Below the pieces are notes generated by a model that was not told where the DNA came from, searched no databases, and saw only the letters and a list, made by a program, of their open reading frames with translations. Positions 26,382 through 38,029 of a stretch of 64,000 nucleotides of DNA are shown here, piece after piece. Position 1 is the first letter of the stretch. Every line of letters starts with the position of its first letter. The DNA comes from Chiloscyllium plagiosum (lineage: Eukaryota). The stretch covers positions 82,539,848 through 82,603,847 of the forward strand of contig NC_057718.1 in NCBI RefSeq assembly GCF_004010195.1. The letters run 5' to 3'. A program made the translations under genes and the position numbers.

Positions 26382-26869
26382 TCCTAATATTGCACAGCTG
26401 GATTACAGTTCTACGTCACACCTCGTTACTTATGGGGGAGGTCGATAGTTCCTTTGGTTCCCCATTTTCCTGCTGTATCTGATTGATGGGTTTGGGAAGA
26501 GTGGGATTTGGTTGCCGCTTGTATTAATATTTCTCAATCCCTATGGGTGAAAATTGCAGTGTTTTGAAAATTGGTTGCCCTGGCAACATTAGACTGCCTC
26601 AAATTATGGTGCATATCAAGCTGCATTCACACTCTGTATAACCCAGCACTGAGGGGTTTCCTTTGCGTTTTGCACCAGCTATTCCTTGAAATGTAGAAGT
26701 CACAGTAAAACTTCCAACTTGTTTGATTTTCCTGAAACGGATAGGAAATTGACATTGTGAATATTATAGTTTGTACTAAGGAGCACTGCATCATTGGAGG
26801 TATTGTCTCTCAGATGAAAAATTAAACTGAGGCCCCATTTGCCCTTTCTGGTGGATGAAAAGGTTCCAA

Positions 26870-27372
26870 GGCAAGTTATAGGAAGGATATTATCAAGCAG
26901 GAGGGGGTCCAGAAGAGATTTGCCAGGATGTTGCTGGGTATGCAAGGTTTGATTTATAAAGATAGGCTGGGATCGTTTTTTCACTGGAGCGTAGGAGGTT
27001 GAGAGGTGACCTGATAGAAGTTTATCAAATAATGAGAGGTATAGATAGAGTTAATGGTAGTTGCCTTTTCCCTGAGATGGGGAATTTTCAAGACTAGGGG
27101 CCACATTTTTAAGGTGAGAGGAGAGAGATTTTAAAAAAGACATGAGGCGAATTGTTTACACAGAGGGTTGTTTGTGCGTGGGGTGGATTTCCTGAAGAAG
27201 TATGGATGCAGGTACAATTACAACATTTAAAAGACAATTGGATAAACCCATGAATAGGGAAAGTTTGGAGGGATATGGGCCAGGAGCAGGCAGGTGGGAC
27301 TAATTTGATTTGGGATTATGTTCAGCTTAGACTGAAGGGTCTGCTTCCTTCTCTATGGCTCTGTGACTCCAT
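26870..27372 (+). mobile_element. CR1/HER1 3' fragment inserted in a DeuSINE-like copy (about 26770-27610)
   Basis: ORF2 C-terminal nucleotide motifs. The SINE sequence resumes after 27372. Confidence 0.8.
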
Positions 27373-27750
27373 GAGAAGTTCTTCCAGTTATCGTGTTCAA
27401 TCTTCAGCCCTGAATCAACAATCATGAAGCAGATTGTCAGTCTACTATTGCGTTTCTATTTGTGAGACTTTGCTGTGTGCAAATTGGTTGTCACATGTCC
27501 TACACTATAACCGTGACTACTCATCAATTAATTAATTCCAAAAAAAATCTGTTTGGCACTTAGGGACATCTTGGAGTTATGAAGCTGCAGTATACTTACA
27601 AGTTTCTTTTTACCATTGAGTCCAATTTGTTTTATTACCCCTTCTCATGTTGGTTGGGATAAGAAGGGCAATATTTAAGAATTTAATGCACGCTATGTTT
27701 GTATTATTTTTTCTTTCTTATCCATTCTGATTACTTTTTGTGACTTATAG

Positions 27751-27873
27751 GCTACTCAAAAAGGAGACCCAGTAACAGCTCTGAAACGCCAACTGGACGA
27801 GAAAGAGAAACAGCTTGTAGCAGAGCAAGAGGATTCCAGTGCAGCCAAAAGCAAGCTCCGGGAAGTCAACAAG
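27751..27873 (+). CDS. RRBP1: RRBP1 coding exon
   Basis: cttatAG / GTatag. 123 nt, ATQKGDPVTALKRQLDEKEKQLVAEQEDSSAAKSKLREVNK. Phase 0-0. Confidence 0.95.
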
Positions 27874-27899
27874 GTATAGTTTGTCACATAGCGTGGATT

Positions 27900-28925
27900 C
27901 AGGAAGAATTCAGCAGCATTTGTGGAGGTAGTTAACATCTTGAGTCCAGTGTCACTCTTCAGAATTAAGGGCGAATGGCAGGTTTGGTGCTGATGAAAAA
28001 AGAGGGAAGAGACAGTTGGAGCAAAAGGTAAGCTCAGGAAAGGTGGGAGATTAGAATCAAAGGTGCTGTGGAGCAAAAGGCAAGTGGAATAGTGATGATT
28101 ATACAGAATACGCAAAGCATTGGTCCAAAGCAGGTGTTAGTAGCAGAATAAAGGTAACTCTGACTGAAAGCAAAAGCATGAAAGCAAGATACAGGCATTA
28201 TGGGGAGGGGATGATATCAAAGTAGAGACCAGAGTTTGTGGTCTTAAATTGCTGAACTAAGTGTTAAGCCCAAAGGCTTGTAAGGTGCCTAATCAGAAAA
28301 TGAGGTCCTGATCCTCCAGATTGTGTTGGGTTTTCCTGGATTACTGCAGCAGGACTAGCACAGCAATGTGAGCAATGAGAGTAAGAAGGTGCATTGAAAT
28401 GGCAAGCGACAGCAAGGTTGAGTGATGCTTCTGGACTGTTGGTGTTTCACAAAGCAGTCACTTGGTCGGCATCTGGTCTCCCCAAAGTAGAGATTGCATA
28501 GGACGATGCCCTGGGAGGAGGATGGGCATTGGAAGTGATAGAGGAGTGGACCAAGGTGTTGAGGAGGGAATGGTACATTCAGAATACTGATAATGGAGCT
28601 CGGGCTACAGATGTATTTGGTGGTGACATCATATTGGAGGTTACAGGAAAGGCAGAAGATAATCTATTGACTAGAGAGGCTGAGAAGTGAGGAGAAAGGG
28701 AACCCGGTTATCCTGGGAGGGAGGTGAAAGGATGAATGTAGAAGTGCAAGCAGTGGGTTTTGTCAGATGTGGTTTCGATGGGGGTACACTTGAAGAAAAA
28801 GGAAGAATCGTTGGGAGTCTGTTTAGAAGGTAACATCATTGGAATAGATACAACAGAGGTGAAGAAACTGGGAGAATGGTGTGGGGTCCTTACAGGAAGC
28901 CAGGTGTAAGAAAGTGTAGTCTGCA
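27900..28925 (-). mobile_element. Highly degenerate Neptune-type PLE fragment
   Basis: Eroded similarity to the 47755-48735 and 39670-40385 copies. Degenerate hammerhead at about 27929-27966. Confidence 0.6.
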
Positions 28926-29155
28926 TTAATGTTATAATACAATGTAAAAATAATGTAAAACTGTTGTTATTATTCCCATTTGGTGTGGGAATAATGAATG
29001 TAGGTAGACATCTTTCCCCCTAAATGGAAGAGGGGAAAAGGAGGGGAAAGAATCAGAGATGAACACCTGTAGGTGAGAGAAGAAAGAGGAAGGTAGAAAC
29101 GGTCCATTTTACTTACCTTTTAATATATCTGTTTTTAAATTGTTGTAACTTTCAG

Positions 29156-29308
29156 GAACTTGCAGCTGAAAAAACCAAAGCTTCAGCCAATGAAACAAAG
29201 CTAAAGGAGCAGCTGACGATGCGGGAGGAGGAGCTAAATGCGATGCAGACCCGTATGCAGGCCAGTTACCAGGACCACGTGGCTGAGACACAGCAACTGC
29301 AGGCTAAG
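29156..29308 (+). CDS. RRBP1: RRBP1 coding exon
   Basis: tttcAG / GTcact. 153 nt, ELAAEKTKASANETKLKEQLTMREEELNAMQTRMQASYQDHVAETQQLQAK. Phase 0-0. Confidence 0.93.
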
Positions 29309-29904
29309 GTCACTAGTTATCTATCACTCCCTAAACCAGTTAATGCTCTAACACATCTGAGATACCAATTCACCATTGTGTGCCTGAATGTCCTATATTA
29401 AGGCAAGATTGGCCCTTTTTCAACATTCTCCAGGAAACCATAGAGGAAGGGGCAAGGCAGAGAGTGCCAATAGCCATTGGCATTGGCTACTATTTTGTTT
29501 TCTCTCACTGTTGGATCATGGAGTGTTTATGTTGTGGACCAGAGCTGAAAGGGACCAATATCCCTTTTAAATGGTCAATGAAACGTTTTCCCAGACCCAT
29601 CCTCTTAGACAATCCCTTGGAGCCATGAGTGGTAACATGGCAGAGAAACCACTCTCAAGGGCAGTGAGAGGAGGCACAGAAATGTGGATGCACGTGTGAA
29701 ATATAAGAGGAAGTGTTAAAATCCAAGACATGGTTTTAGTACAGATCCATATTGAACAGTTCATCTTCTTGTAAATGTGAACTTGTAGGTTAAATAGTTA
29801 ACGTAAAGCAGAGTTGGGCTTGTATAGGCTAGAGAAAGGAGCTTTATTGCTTGAGCACATTATTTGGTGTAATCTGTTTTAAAATGAAGATATTGGATTA
29901 GCGA

Positions 29905-30150
29905 TTTTTGAGAAGATTTGTAGCTCAGGTTGATGATAAGTATGTAAGTTGGCTCACTGAGCTTGAAGGTTTGTTTTCAGATGGTTCATCACCATACTAG
30001 GTAACATCATCAGTGAAAGTCTCTGGTAAAGTGCTGGCGGTATGTCCTGCCTCTCTATTTATAGGTCTTGGTTTCTTAAGATGTGTGATGTCATTTCCGG
30101 TTCTTTTTCTCAAGGGAAGGTAGGTTGGGTCCAAATTGATGTTTTATTGA
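29905..30150 (-). mobile_element. Poseidon/Penelope-type PLE 3' terminal repeat with hammerhead (29975-30018)
   Basis: Minus strand TTTCA-CTGATGA-T-GTTACC-TAGTAT-GGTGAT-GAAC-C-ATC-TGAAA. Related to 54400-54645. Confidence 0.75.
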
Positions 30151-30424
30151 ATGCCTCATTCTGCTCCCACTAGCTTTTTAACCTATGGAAAGGGGAAGCT
30201 GAGCAGCTTTATTTGAGCAAGCCAGTGTCAGGCAAGGTGTTGGCAGGGGTAAGCCTTCTTTGTGGATCTTATGAACTCCCATGAGGCAGCGTTGAACCAA
30301 GCTTTAACTGGGCTCCTTGACATATTAGGAATGCCTGTAGTTCCAACAGTGGCCACTGCTCCTGGCTGGCACTGCTGGGACAAAACATTTGTTGGTCATC
30401 CGATTGGCTAGAAATCTCTTGAAG

Positions 30425-30648
30425 GAGAAAGTGAGGACTGCAGATGCTGGAGATCAGAGCTGAAAATGTGTTGCTGGAAAAGCGCAGCAGGTCAGGCAGC
30501 ATCCAAGGAGCAGGAGAATCATTCCTGAAGAAGGGCTTATGCCTGAAACGTCGATTCTCCTGCTCCTTGGATGCTGCCTGACCTGCTGCGCTTTTCCAGC
30601 AACACATTTTCAGCTCTGCTCGCCAGCATCTGCAGTCCTCACTTTCTC
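30425..30648. mobile_element. Fold-back PLE-derived element: 96-bp arms around a hammerhead core
   Basis: Arms 30425-30520 and 30553-30648 are reverse complements with 2 mismatches. Confidence 0.9.
30521..30556 (+). ncRNA. Minimal hammerhead ribozyme motif
   Basis: AUUC-CUGAAGA-A-GGGC-UUAU-GCCU-GAAA-C-GUC|GAUU. Confidence 0.75.
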
Positions 30649-31499
30649 TTAGATATATATCATAAAAGCAAAATATTGCAGATGCTGGCAGTCTGAAATA
30701 AAAACAGAAAACTGAGGAGGGCCAAGTTGTGGGGTATGACCTGTCTTTGTAATATAACCTTTTCTGCACCGGTACCGTTCTGATGAATCTGTACTGCACG
30801 CCCTCCAAGAGCCTCCTATGATGAGGTGTCAAGAAGGAATCACAGTGTTGCAAATAGTGTATTACCAGAACTGCATATAATCTTTTCTATAAGGCACTTT
30901 CCGAGAGGTTCCCCTTAAGCCAGCTCTGGTCATGTTTCCAGAGAGCAGCAATAAAGAGAATGGGCAGGGCCATCTATTCAGACACTTGGTCTGGGGAAGC
31001 ATGCACCAATAGTGGAGATTGGGGAAAAAAAAAACAGATGTCTGAGCTATGCCCCACCCCCCAACCTAATAATATCATTAATTTCTTTCCTCCCTTCTCC
31101 TTCCATTCTTAACCCTATTTGTTGGTCCTTTATTCTCCCACTCTCCTCCCCCCACACCATGGGTTTTTGCCTCCCTCAGAATCCCTTTCAGCTGGGCCAC
31201 AGGTAAAGCTAGCATCGCCTCCTTCGTGACTACCACTGGTACTCTGTGCTCAGTCGACCATGAGGGACAACTCTTGCGAGGCGAGACAAATCTATGGCCG
31301 GGCTTTTTGTTCCAAAGGGTAAGATGCGCCTGCAAGTCAGCTCTTGAACGAACCGGTCGAGAACAATGATGAGAAAGAGCAACAGCATTGCTCTTATACT
31401 TGGCCATGTAACCATTGGGGTTGTGAAGGCAACATCTTAACAAGAACTTACCCTTATATAATGACTTCAATGTAATAAAACATTCCAAGGTAACTCAAG

Positions 31500-33300
31500 T
31501 CAGCGTTATCTGCAGGGATTGGCGGTGAGGCCTCATCTATTTAAAATCTATATTAATGACTCTGATGAACAGACTGGGTTGTTGCCCGATTTGATGGTGA
31601 TACCAAGATAGGTAGGAACGCATGTTATGGTCGACAGAAGCAGTCTGTGAAAAGATATAGATCAGTTAAGTGAGTGGACTAAATTTAGTATCTAGTGTTT
31701 TGTGATTAAAATTTGAAATTGTCTATTTTAGTAGGAAAATTTAAAAAGCGGAATATTATGTAATTGGAGAGAGGCTCCAGAACATTGCATACAACCATAA
31801 GACATATGGAACATAATAGGTCATTCAGTTAATCAAATCTATTGTGCTATTCAGTGATATCATAGTTGATCTGTAATCCTCAGCTCCACTTCTCTGCCTT
31901 TTTCAGAAAACCCTTGATCCCAGTACTGTTTAAAAATCTGTCTATCCCAGCCTTGAGTATACTTAACAGCCCGGCTTGTATAGCCCTCAGCAATAAAGAA
32001 TCCAACAGATTCACTACTCTTTGAGAGAGAAATTCCTCCTCATGTCTGTCTTGAATGTGTAACTCTTTATTCTGGAATTATGCTGTCTGGTCCTGAATTA
32101 TGCTCCTAAACTCCAATGACTACACGCCTGACTGGCTCAATCTTTCCTCATGAGATAGTCCCTCCATATCCAGGATCAGCCTAGTGAATGATCTCTGGAC
32201 GGCCTTCAACACCAGTATAGCCATTCTTAGATAAAGGATCCCAAACTGTTCATGGTGTTCCAGCTATAGGCTGACTCGTGCCTTGTGTAGTTTGAACAAG
32301 ACTTCAAACTTTTTATACTCCATTCCTTTTGAAATAAAGAACAGCATTCCATTTGCCTTCCTGAGTATTGCACTTGAAAGCTGACATTTTGTGATTGATG
32401 CACAAGGGCTCCAAAATCCCTCAATGCTGTAGCTTTCTGCTGCCTTTCTCTATTAAATAGTAATCAACACCTCTATTCTTCCTGTCAAAATGCACAACCT
32501 TATATTTCCCCATATTATATTCCTAATGTCAAATTTTAGCCTACTCACTGAAGCGGTCTAATCCCTCCCTCAGCAGACTCTTTCAGTCATCCTCACTGCT
32601 TGCCTTCCTATCTGCTTTTTCCCGACTGGAGTGCATTTGTTTTCCTCATCCAAGGAAATTTTACTTAATTGGAAAGAATTATGACCCAGCACTAATACCT
32701 GTACACATCACTAGTTACAGGTTGCCATCCTAAAAACACCCCTCCCCCCTTCGCCCACTCTCTGTCTTCTGTTAGTTAGTCAATCCTCAATCCATGCTAA
32801 TATACTACCCCCAACACCATGGACAGTTTTCTTATTAAGCAGCCTAAAGTGAACCTTATCAAATGCCTTCTGAAATCCAAGTATTTTGCATCCATTGAAT
32901 TCCCTTTATCTGTCCTGTTTGTTACCTCCTCAAAGAGTTCTGGTAAGTTTGTCAGGCATGATTTCCCCTTCATGAAGCCATGCTGACTCTGCCTGACCAT
33001 ATTGTGTATTTCAAAATGCTCTACTATAACATCCTTTATAACAGGCTCCAACATTTTTCCAGTAATAGATGATAAGCTATCTGGCCTGTTCTTTTTGTCT
33101 CCTTCCCTTTTTAAATAAAGATATTATATTGGTAGTCTAGGACTTTTCCTGAATCTAAGGGTATGTAGAAGATAACCAGCAGTGCTTCCACTATCACTGT
33201 AGCCACTTCTTTTCATGTCCTGGGATGCATCCCATCAGGTTCAGGGGACTTATCGGTCGTTAGCCCCATTTATCAGTTTTTCACCAGTGATAGTTATTGT
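31500..33300. mobile_element. Old CR1 fragments (+ about 31500-31790; - about 31790-33300)
   Basis: Minus-strand SQHGFMKGKSCLTNL..., YLDF. Confidence 0.85.
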
Positions 33301-33339
33301 GTTTATTTCCTCTGCTCCATGATTATTTCTGCAGTCAGA

Positions 33340-33712
33340 TGAGACGATTGTGGCAATTATACCAGGCTAGTAATCAGAAACCCAGGCTAATAATGCTTCT
33401 GGGAATGAATTCTAATCACACTATTACAGCTGGTGAGCTTAATTTATAAATCTGGAATATAAATCTAGTCTCTGTAATAGTGACAGTAAGAACAATCATT
33501 GTCTGTTATAAATAGAAAAAACAATCTGGATCACTGATGTCCTTAATATTACCACCTTTACCCAGACTGGTCTGTGTATAATTGTAAACTCTCAGTATTG
33601 TGGTTTGACTCTGAACTGCCCTCTGAAATGGCTGAGGAAGGGCAATTAGGGATGGGCACCAAATGCTGTCATTGCAAGCAATGCTCACATCACATGAAAG
33701 AACAAGGAAAAA
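33340..33712 (+). mobile_element. Unclassified SINE-like interspersed repeat (related copies about 7000-7300 -, 36080-36390 +, 52850-53080 -)
   Basis: Shared tail ggcaattagggatgggca..aaatgct...cacatc.catgaa seen several times in the window. Confidence 0.55.
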
Positions 33713-33714
33713 TA

Positions 33715-34425
33715 GTGCAGAGGAATCTTGATATTCTCATCCATGAACCATAAAATGTTAGGTAGATATGGTGAAAAAGTAGGAAGCAAAGACAATATAG
33801 TCCTTTATTGCAAAGGGGTTAGTTGTATAAAGATGGACAGGTTTTGCTGCCACTTTACAGGGTGTTGGAGACACTAGAGGTATAGTAGAGACAGCATATA
33901 GTTTTGGTATTCTTATACAATGAGGGATTGTACTGGAGATCGTCCAGGAAAGGGTTACTCGGTTGATTCCTGTAATGAAAGAGTGGCCTTATGAGGAAGG
34001 GTTGAGCAGGTTGGGTCTACACTCACTAGGCTTTAAATGAATGAGAGGCGATCCTTCTGAAACAAGTAATATTGATAGGGTCTTCACAGGGTAGATGCTG
34101 AGAGAACAGTTCCCCTCTAAATCGAAAACCTGGGGACAGTTTCAGAATAAATGCTCCTCCCTTTAAGATCAAAATGGGGTGGAGTTTCATCTTTCTGAGG
34201 GTAGCTAATGTTTGGAAGTCTCTACCCAGAAATCAATGCAGGTTTGGTCACTAAAAACATTCAAGGCTGGGTTGGACAAATTTCTAATCTATAAGGATCT
34301 AGACACATTGTAGGGACAGGCAAGCAGGTGGAGTTAAAATTGGGCCAGCCGTAATCTTATTGAATGAAGGAGCAGGCTTGAAATATCAAATGTCGCTGTC
34401 ATGCAACTTCTTTATATTCTTTTTA
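33715..34425 (+). mobile_element. Old CR1 3' fragment
   Basis: Degenerate ORF2 C-terminus and 3'UTR (cttattgaatg..ggagcaggcttga). Confidence 0.7.
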
Positions 34426-34539
34426 TCAAAACAAAATTGACACTGAGTCATGGAACAGGATATAAGGACAGGCAACTAAATATTTGATCAAGGAGCTATG
34501 TTTGAAGAAACACCTTACAGAGTGAGAGAAATTTTGATA

Positions 34540-35070
34540 TGATTTATTATTGTTACATGTATCGAGGTATAGTAGAAGATTTTGTTTTGCATGCAGTGCC
34601 AACAGATCATACCGTACAAAAACCATAGAGTAATGGAACAGCACAATGTTACAGCCGCAGAGAAGGTGCACAGAAAGCGAGATCAACATTAAATTTAAAA
34701 TATGAGAGCTTCATTCAGATATTTAATACCAGCGGGGAGGAAACTGTTTTTGAATCTGTTTGTATGTGTTTACGAACTTTTATATCTTCCGGCGGATGAA
34801 GAAGGGTGGAAGAGAGTCTAACCATGGTGGGAGGGGTCTTTGATTATGTTTGTTGCTTTCTCAAGGCAGCAGGAAGTATAGATGAAGTGAATGAATGGAT
34901 GGAAGGCTGGTTTGCATGATGGACTAGGCTGTGTTCATGAATCTCTATAGTTTTTTGCATTCTTGGGAAGACCAGTTGCAAAACCATGCTGAGATGCATC
35001 CAGGTAGAATGCTTTCTATGGTGCATCTGTAAACATTGCTCAGGATCCTTGTGGACATGCTGAATTTTCT
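34540..35070 (-). mobile_element. Rex1/Babar-like LINE 3' fragment
   Basis: Minus strand encodes YRCTIESIL..CI..WF, the recalled Rex1 RT C-terminal motif. Confidence 0.65.
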
Positions 35071-35342
35071 AATGGAGAGGATTTGAGAGCTTAGTATTTA
35101 GGCAGCTGAAGGCCCAGGCCATTAATGATACAGTGACGAAAATCAAGTGATATGCAACAGGCCACGATTATGGGAGTATAGAGATCTCTTCGAGTTGCAG
35201 TGTTGGATAAGGTATCCGAGTTAGACAAAGGGAAAAACAATGTGAAAAAAGTGAGGATCTCAAACTTTAAATATTGTAAACCTGGTGACCAGTCTGGTTC
35301 CTGCTGTGCAGTATAGTGCAAGTGCAGTGAGTATTTAAAAAT

Positions 35343-35523
35343 CAAAGTAACTGTGGATGCTGTAAATCAGAGACAAAAATAGAAATTGCTGGAGAAGCTC
35401 AGCAGATCTGGCAGCATCCCTGCAGAGAAATCAGAGTTAACATTTCAGGCAGAGTGAAAACTCTGATTTGTCTCCACAGATGCTGCCAGACCTGCTGAGC
35501 TTCTCCAACAATTTCTGTTTTTG
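35343..35523. mobile_element. Fold-back PLE-derived short element
   Basis: Inverted arms about 35374-35438 and 35459-35523. Flanking gagtattt repeat. Confidence 0.8.
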
Positions 35524-35751
35524 CAAAGAGTATTTGCTGGTTTTTAACTTTTGACTTTTCATCGGTGCCAACTGCTATTCAAATATGTTTGCCATAAGGA
35601 TTATCTTACTTCACACTTGTTTGGAAAATTTAAAAGCTGAGACAACATCTTGGTCAGTGTGCATGGCGGTTTGAAAACTACCTCTGGTGAGCACAGGTTT
35701 TGTTTCTCTCTAAGCAGCTTCCCAATATTGAATACAATATTTCCATTCCAG

Positions 35752-35870
35752 ATCCGAGGGCTCCAAGAACAGCTGGAGAATGGACCAACAGCCCAGATAG
35801 CCCGGCTCCAACAGGAGAACTCCATTTTAAGGGATGCCCTCAACCAGGCCACTAGCCAGACTGAAAGCAA
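35752..35870 (+). CDS. RRBP1: RRBP1 coding exon
   Basis: ttccAG / GTaaga. 119 nt, IRGLQEQLENGPTAQIARLQQENSILRDALNQATSQTES(K). Phase 0-2. Confidence 0.96.
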
Positions 35871-36886
35871 GTAAGAAAGTTTATAGTTTCAATAACAGCC
35901 TCAATTTTATAATTCCAAAGAAGATTCACAATCATAGAATTTACCAGCTGCTGAGCTCACAGGCAGGACTGGTACTGGTTATTGATTTGGAACAGATGTA
36001 ATTCAGATCCAGTAATGTTGCAAATTTACAGAATATATTTGGAGGGTCCAGAGCAGAGTGAACAAAAGCCATCTGTGGATTGACAGTGGAGGGGATTCTA
36101 GACATAGAAAGTTTTAATCTGCTTAGAAATATGAGGTTGATATCTGTGAAAGTGACCCAGGAGCTGCTGAATTGTCATAAAAAGCCAAATGGTTTGCATG
36201 TCTATAAGGGAAGAAAACCAGTTCTTATGATCCATGACTTAAATCTCACACTAACCTGTTTTGTGTTAACCCTTTGATGTGGCTTGGCAAGGTGTTCAAA
36301 CTCTTCCTCAAGTCAACTAGATAGAGTAATAAATGCCAGCATTGCCCAATGAGAAAATGAGGTACTGAGAATGAAAACATTTTTTTCAAAAATCCTTGAC
36401 AGTAGTGTGTGTGTGATAACATTGGAAAACATGACAGCTTGCTTGGGCTTTCAATCTCAACGACCTGACATTTATATATGTTTGAGTATACAAGGACAGG
36501 GCCATCTTCCCAAGAAAGGATTGGGCTAAGTGAGGCATCCAATCTAATTTGAGTCTAATTTTAGTCCCAATTAGCTTCAATAAAATGAGTTGTATTCAGG
36601 GCTCCTAGCACATCTGTGTGTATGTGAGTAATTGTTGGTATGTTGGTAACTAAACATTGGGAAACTGAGCCCCTTGTTCTTGAGCGTGCTGTAAATGGCA
36701 TTCCATGCCTTCGGATTTCATCTCTTTCCCTGGCAACTGTGAAATTGAACCAAATTGTCACCAACCTTGGTGTCATATTTGACCGCAAGGTGAGCATCTG
36801 ACCACATATTTGTGCCATCACTAAAATGTCCATTTCCATCTCTATAAAATCACCTGCTTTAGCTCATCTATGCTAATCTAATTCTA

Positions 36887-37018
36887 GGCAAAAGTGAGGA
36901 CTGCAGATGCTGGAAACCAGAGTTTAGATCAAAGTGGTGCTGGAAAAGCACAGCAGATCAGGCAGCATCCAAGGAGCAGGGAAATCGACATTTCGAGCAA
37001 AAGCCCTTCATCAGGAAT
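36887..37018 (-). mobile_element. PLE terminal-repeat monomer with near-intact hammerhead (36983-37018)
   Basis: Minus strand AUUC-CUGAUGA-A-GGGC-UUUU-GCUC-GAAA-U-GUC|GAUU. Confidence 0.8.
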
Positions 37019-38029
37019 CCTGTTTAACTGCCTAGGTCCTAAGTAATGGAATTATCTCAATAAATCTTTCTTTCTTTAAAACCCTGTTCTATGACCAAGC
37101 TTTTGAATATTTGTCATTATATTACTTTATTTGGCTCAGTGTCCAATTTTGTTTTATTAGGCTGTGTGAGGTGCCTCACAACATTTTATTGCTTTGCAAA
37201 CACTGAGTGTTGTTTTTATCCATGTGTGACCGTGTCTATTTGCTCTGGTCTGTGTTGGTATATGCAAGTAGCTCTGAGTGCTGGGGCTATATGTCTGTGG
37301 GTCAACATATCTATTCCATCATGGCTTTGATATGCACGGCCTATGCACTAGATCTTCTTACTTTATGGTAGAATTTAAAGTCGAAGATGGGGTTGATGCC
37401 CACTCATTGGAGAGCCACAAGAGCCTGCATTGCCTATTTTTGGGAAGTTCTGCTGAACTAAGTATTAATCGGGCAGTTATCTGTGTGGCAACAGGCCAAG
37501 GGCCATGGGAGATTAACTCCTATCCTCCCTGACAACCCATTGGAGGCTGTTTACTGTACATTGCTCGGCAGCATCACCGTGACAATGTCTGCTGTGGATA
37601 ATGAGCCAATCCGAGACCCAGCGTCAGCTGGGAGCTTGCAGGGTCACGTGGTGGTGGTTGCGGGGAGGAAATGGAAGAGGAGTCAGCAGTGAAAGACACT
37701 TTATGGATGCCCTCCTTCCCAATGCCAGGTCTCTCAATCAGGTACTGAGTCCACGTCAGAGAGTGACCCCCAACCCCCTCTCACTTCAAAGCCCACAGCA
37801 ATTCACAGAGTTTGCCTTTGAGGCTTTCTGTATGGTGTTGCCCTTAACCACCACTTGTTCAGCTCCAGTTAAGATGGGATAAGGCGGTTAGTTAGGCATA
37901 ACTGCCCACTCGAAAGCCTCAGTGAGGACTGGAGCAGGAATAACATCCCCAAGCTTCTCTCCACAAACATAATCAGGGCAGAGGTGGAAAGCTGATAGAA
38001 TTAGCTCTACCCTTCTGCTCAGAAGATAG

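Noticed and set aside
30269..30853. 194-aa minus-strand ORF
   Set aside because: It is a chance read-through of adjacent repeat fragments.
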